Positions 62,548 to 64,000 of a DNA stretch of 64,000 bases are shown here, in pieces. A program made the position numbers and the translations under genes. A model generated the notes under the pieces. It had not been told where the DNA came from and did no database searches. It saw nothing but the letters and a program-made list of their open reading frames with translations. Within the stretch, counting starts at the first letter, position 1, and each line of letters begins with the position of its first letter. Source of the DNA: Pseudomonadota bacterium (lineage in GTDB: Bacteria > Pseudomonadota > Gammaproteobacteria > Xanthomonadales > SZUA-38); assembly GCA_039033415.1 (NCBI GenBank), contig JBCCCR010000007.1:61262-125261 (forward strand). The letters run 5' to 3'.

Positions 62548-63588
62548 GTGTCCACAGTAACGACGGATGTTGTCATCATCGGGGCCGGGCCCTGCGGTCT
62601 GTTTCAGGTCTTCGAGTTGGGGCTGCTCGACCTCAAATCGGTGGTGGTGGATTCCATTGCTGAAGCCGGCGGTCAGTGCGTCGAGCTCTACCCGGACAAA
62701 CCCATCTACGACATCCCGGCGGTCCCTGAGTGCACCGGTCAAGAATTGATCGATTCACTCATGAAGCAGATCGAGCCTTTCGGTGCGCAGTTTTATCTCG
62801 GCCAAGAGGTCACCGAGGTCACCCCACGTGACGAGGGCGGCTTTCATGTGGTTACCGCGGCAGATCAGCACTTTGACTGTCAGGCGGTGGTTATCGCTGG
62901 TGGTCTCGGCTCATTCCAGCCGCGCCGGCTGCGCGTACCCGGTGCAGATACGTTTGAAGACGTCAGCCTTCATTATCGCGTGCGCAATCCGGAGCAGTAC
63001 GACGGCAGCCGACTGCTGATTCTCGGCGGCGGCGACTCGGCGCTCGATTGGGTCCTGGAGCTGGCTGATCGTGTCGAGCGCATCACGCTGGTTCATCGCC
63101 GGGATGGCTGGCGGGCCGTGGATGCGTCGGTCAACAAGATGAAAGCGCTGGTTGCCGCCGGCAAGATGGATCTTTACGAAAACGCTCGAGTGCAGCGGCT
63201 GGAGGGAGAAGGCTCAGCGCTAAAGTCAGCGACGATCATCAACCGCGATGGCGACGAGCTGGCGCAGGTTCCGGTCGATCGCGCGCTGGCGTTTTTTGGC
63301 CTGGCGCCAAAGCTTGGCCCCATCGCCAACTGGGGACTGGAGATCAAGGGCAAGTCGTTACCGGTCGACACGGAAAAGTTCCAAACCTCCGTCGAGGGTA
63401 TCTACGCGGTCGGCGACGTGAATACCTATCCCGGCAAGAAAAAGCTGATTTTGTCCGGATTCCATGAAGCTGCGCTCGCCGCCTTTGCCATCAAAAAACA
63501 GATTTATCCCGACCAAAAGGTGCATCTCCAGTACACGACCACCAGCCCGGTGATGCACGAACGGCTGGGGGTAAATCCCGACGGTTAA
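62548..63588 (+). CDS. Ferredoxin-NADP+ reductase, thioredoxin-reductase-like type
   Basis: DVVIIGAGPCGLF FAD motif, a second dinucleotide motif LILGGGDSALDW, and GDV...YPGK near the C-terminus. It lacks the CxxC of true TrxB. GTG start. Confidence 0.85.
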   Translation: MSTVTTDVVIIGAGPCGLFQVFELGLLDLKSVVVDSIAEAGGQCVELYPDKPIYDIPAVPECTGQELIDSLMKQIEPFGAQFYLGQEVTEVTPRDEGGFHVVTAADQHFDCQAVVIAGGLGSFQPRRLRVPGADTFEDVSLHYRVRNPEQYDGSRLLILGGGDSALDWVLELADRVERITLVHRRDGWRAVDASVNKMKALVAAGKMDLYENARVQRLEGEGSALKSATIINRDGDELAQVPVDRALAFFGLAPKLGPIANWGLEIKGKSLPVDTEKFQTSVEGIYAVGDVNTYPGKKKLILSGFHEAALAAFAIKKQIYPDQKVHLQYTTTSPVMHERLGVNPDG

Positions 63589-63666
63589 CCCGGACTTTCT
63601 CCGCGTTGCCCCACCCTGAGGCAACCGCCAGAATGCGGCCCAGCGTCGAAGTAGTTATAGGGCAGC

Positions 63667-64000
63667 ATGACGGACACCACGCAGCGCGTTCAGGCGCTAC
63701 GGGAACTCGATATCCTCGACACACCGGCCGAGGCGGCCTTCGATCGGATCACCGAGATGGCCGCTCGTCTGTTCCGGGTCCCCATCGCCTGCATCACGCT
63801 GCTGGATGAAGACCGCTATTTCTTTAAATCGGCCATCGGCGTAGAGACCGGCAGCGCCCCGCTGACCAAAGGACTCTGCAGCACCACGGTAGAACGGGGA
63901 AAGCTGAGCGTCGTCGAAGATGCAACGGTCGACTCGCTGACCCAAAATCATCCGATGGTCAGTCAGGATCCGCATGTCCGGTTCTACGCGGGCGTCCCGC
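63667..64000 (+). CDS. GAF-domain signalling protein, N-terminal part (runs off window end)
   Basis: My own translation: MTDTTQRVQALRELDILDTPAEAAFDRITEMAARLFRVPIACITLLDEDRYFFKSAIGVE...VEDATVDSLTQNHPMVSQDPHVRFYAGVP. This is the common GAF N-terminus of GGDEF and histidine-kinase proteins. It is not in the supplied track because no stop is reached. Confidence 0.7.
   Translation, partial: MTDTTQRVQALRELDILDTPAEAAFDRITEMAARLFRVPIACITLLDEDRYFFKSAIGVETGSAPLTKGLCSTTVERGKLSVVEDATVDSLTQNHPMVSQDPHVRFYAGVP

Noticed and set aside
1-64000. Search by eye for CRISPR arrays, tRNA/rRNA genes, IS elements, integrases, phage genes and classical defence systems (restriction-modification, toxin-antitoxin, CBASS, retrons)
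   Set aside because: I saw no regularly spaced repeats, no cloverleaf-like conserved tRNA blocks, and no transposase, recombinase, methylase or nuclease signatures. The window looks like core chromosome rather than a mobile or defence island. A covariance-model scan (tRNAscan, Infernal) would be needed to exclude small RNAs.

Overview
High-GC (about 60% by eye) chromosomal segment. Gene content (ycgL, rof, cysQ, psiE-like, TRAP and MacB-type transporters) suggests a heterotrophic, probably marine, gammaproteobacterium. I can support about 58 protein-coding genes. I found no rRNA, tRNA, CRISPR array, transposase, integrase or phage genes.

Layout:
- 1-9.9 kb: peptide and amino-acid uptake and catabolism cluster (serine hydrolase, class III aminotransferase, APC permease, MarR, M81/MlrC peptidase, TRAP transporter in M-P-Q order, dipeptide epimerase).
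- 10-20 kb: CadC-like membrane regulator preceded by an unannotated 58-codon secreted Cys-Cys peptide ORF. Two very large secreted proteins follow: a 1450-aa propeller/PKD/di-heme peroxidase/CBM fusion and a 712-aa FG-GAP protein.
- 20-32 kb: mixed metabolic genes, including an HxlR / family III CoA-transferase / Gln-type thiol dioxygenase unit.
- 33-42 kb: GDSL-type autotransporter whose catalytic Ser and His are both substituted, redox repair genes, peptidases, and an isocitrate dehydrogenase-like gene with an internal duplication.
- 42.7-47.6 kb: ECF sigma / Ser-Thr kinase / GGDEF operon.
- 47.7-53.5 kb: SdpR/SdpI-like pair with an AT-rich palindromic operator, then lipid/CoA genes.
- 53.8-59.1 kb: five-gene, fully translationally coupled ABC exporter with three different HlyD-type adaptors.
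- 59-64 kb: housekeeping genes.

The three most unusual signals:
1. A short motif (L/I-F-x-N/D-G/S-F-E) at the extreme C-terminus of three Sec-signal proteins.
2. The triple-adaptor MacB-type exporter.
3. The giant secreted protein with an embedded di-heme peroxidase module.

All functional calls rest on motif and family recognition by eye. No database search was run.
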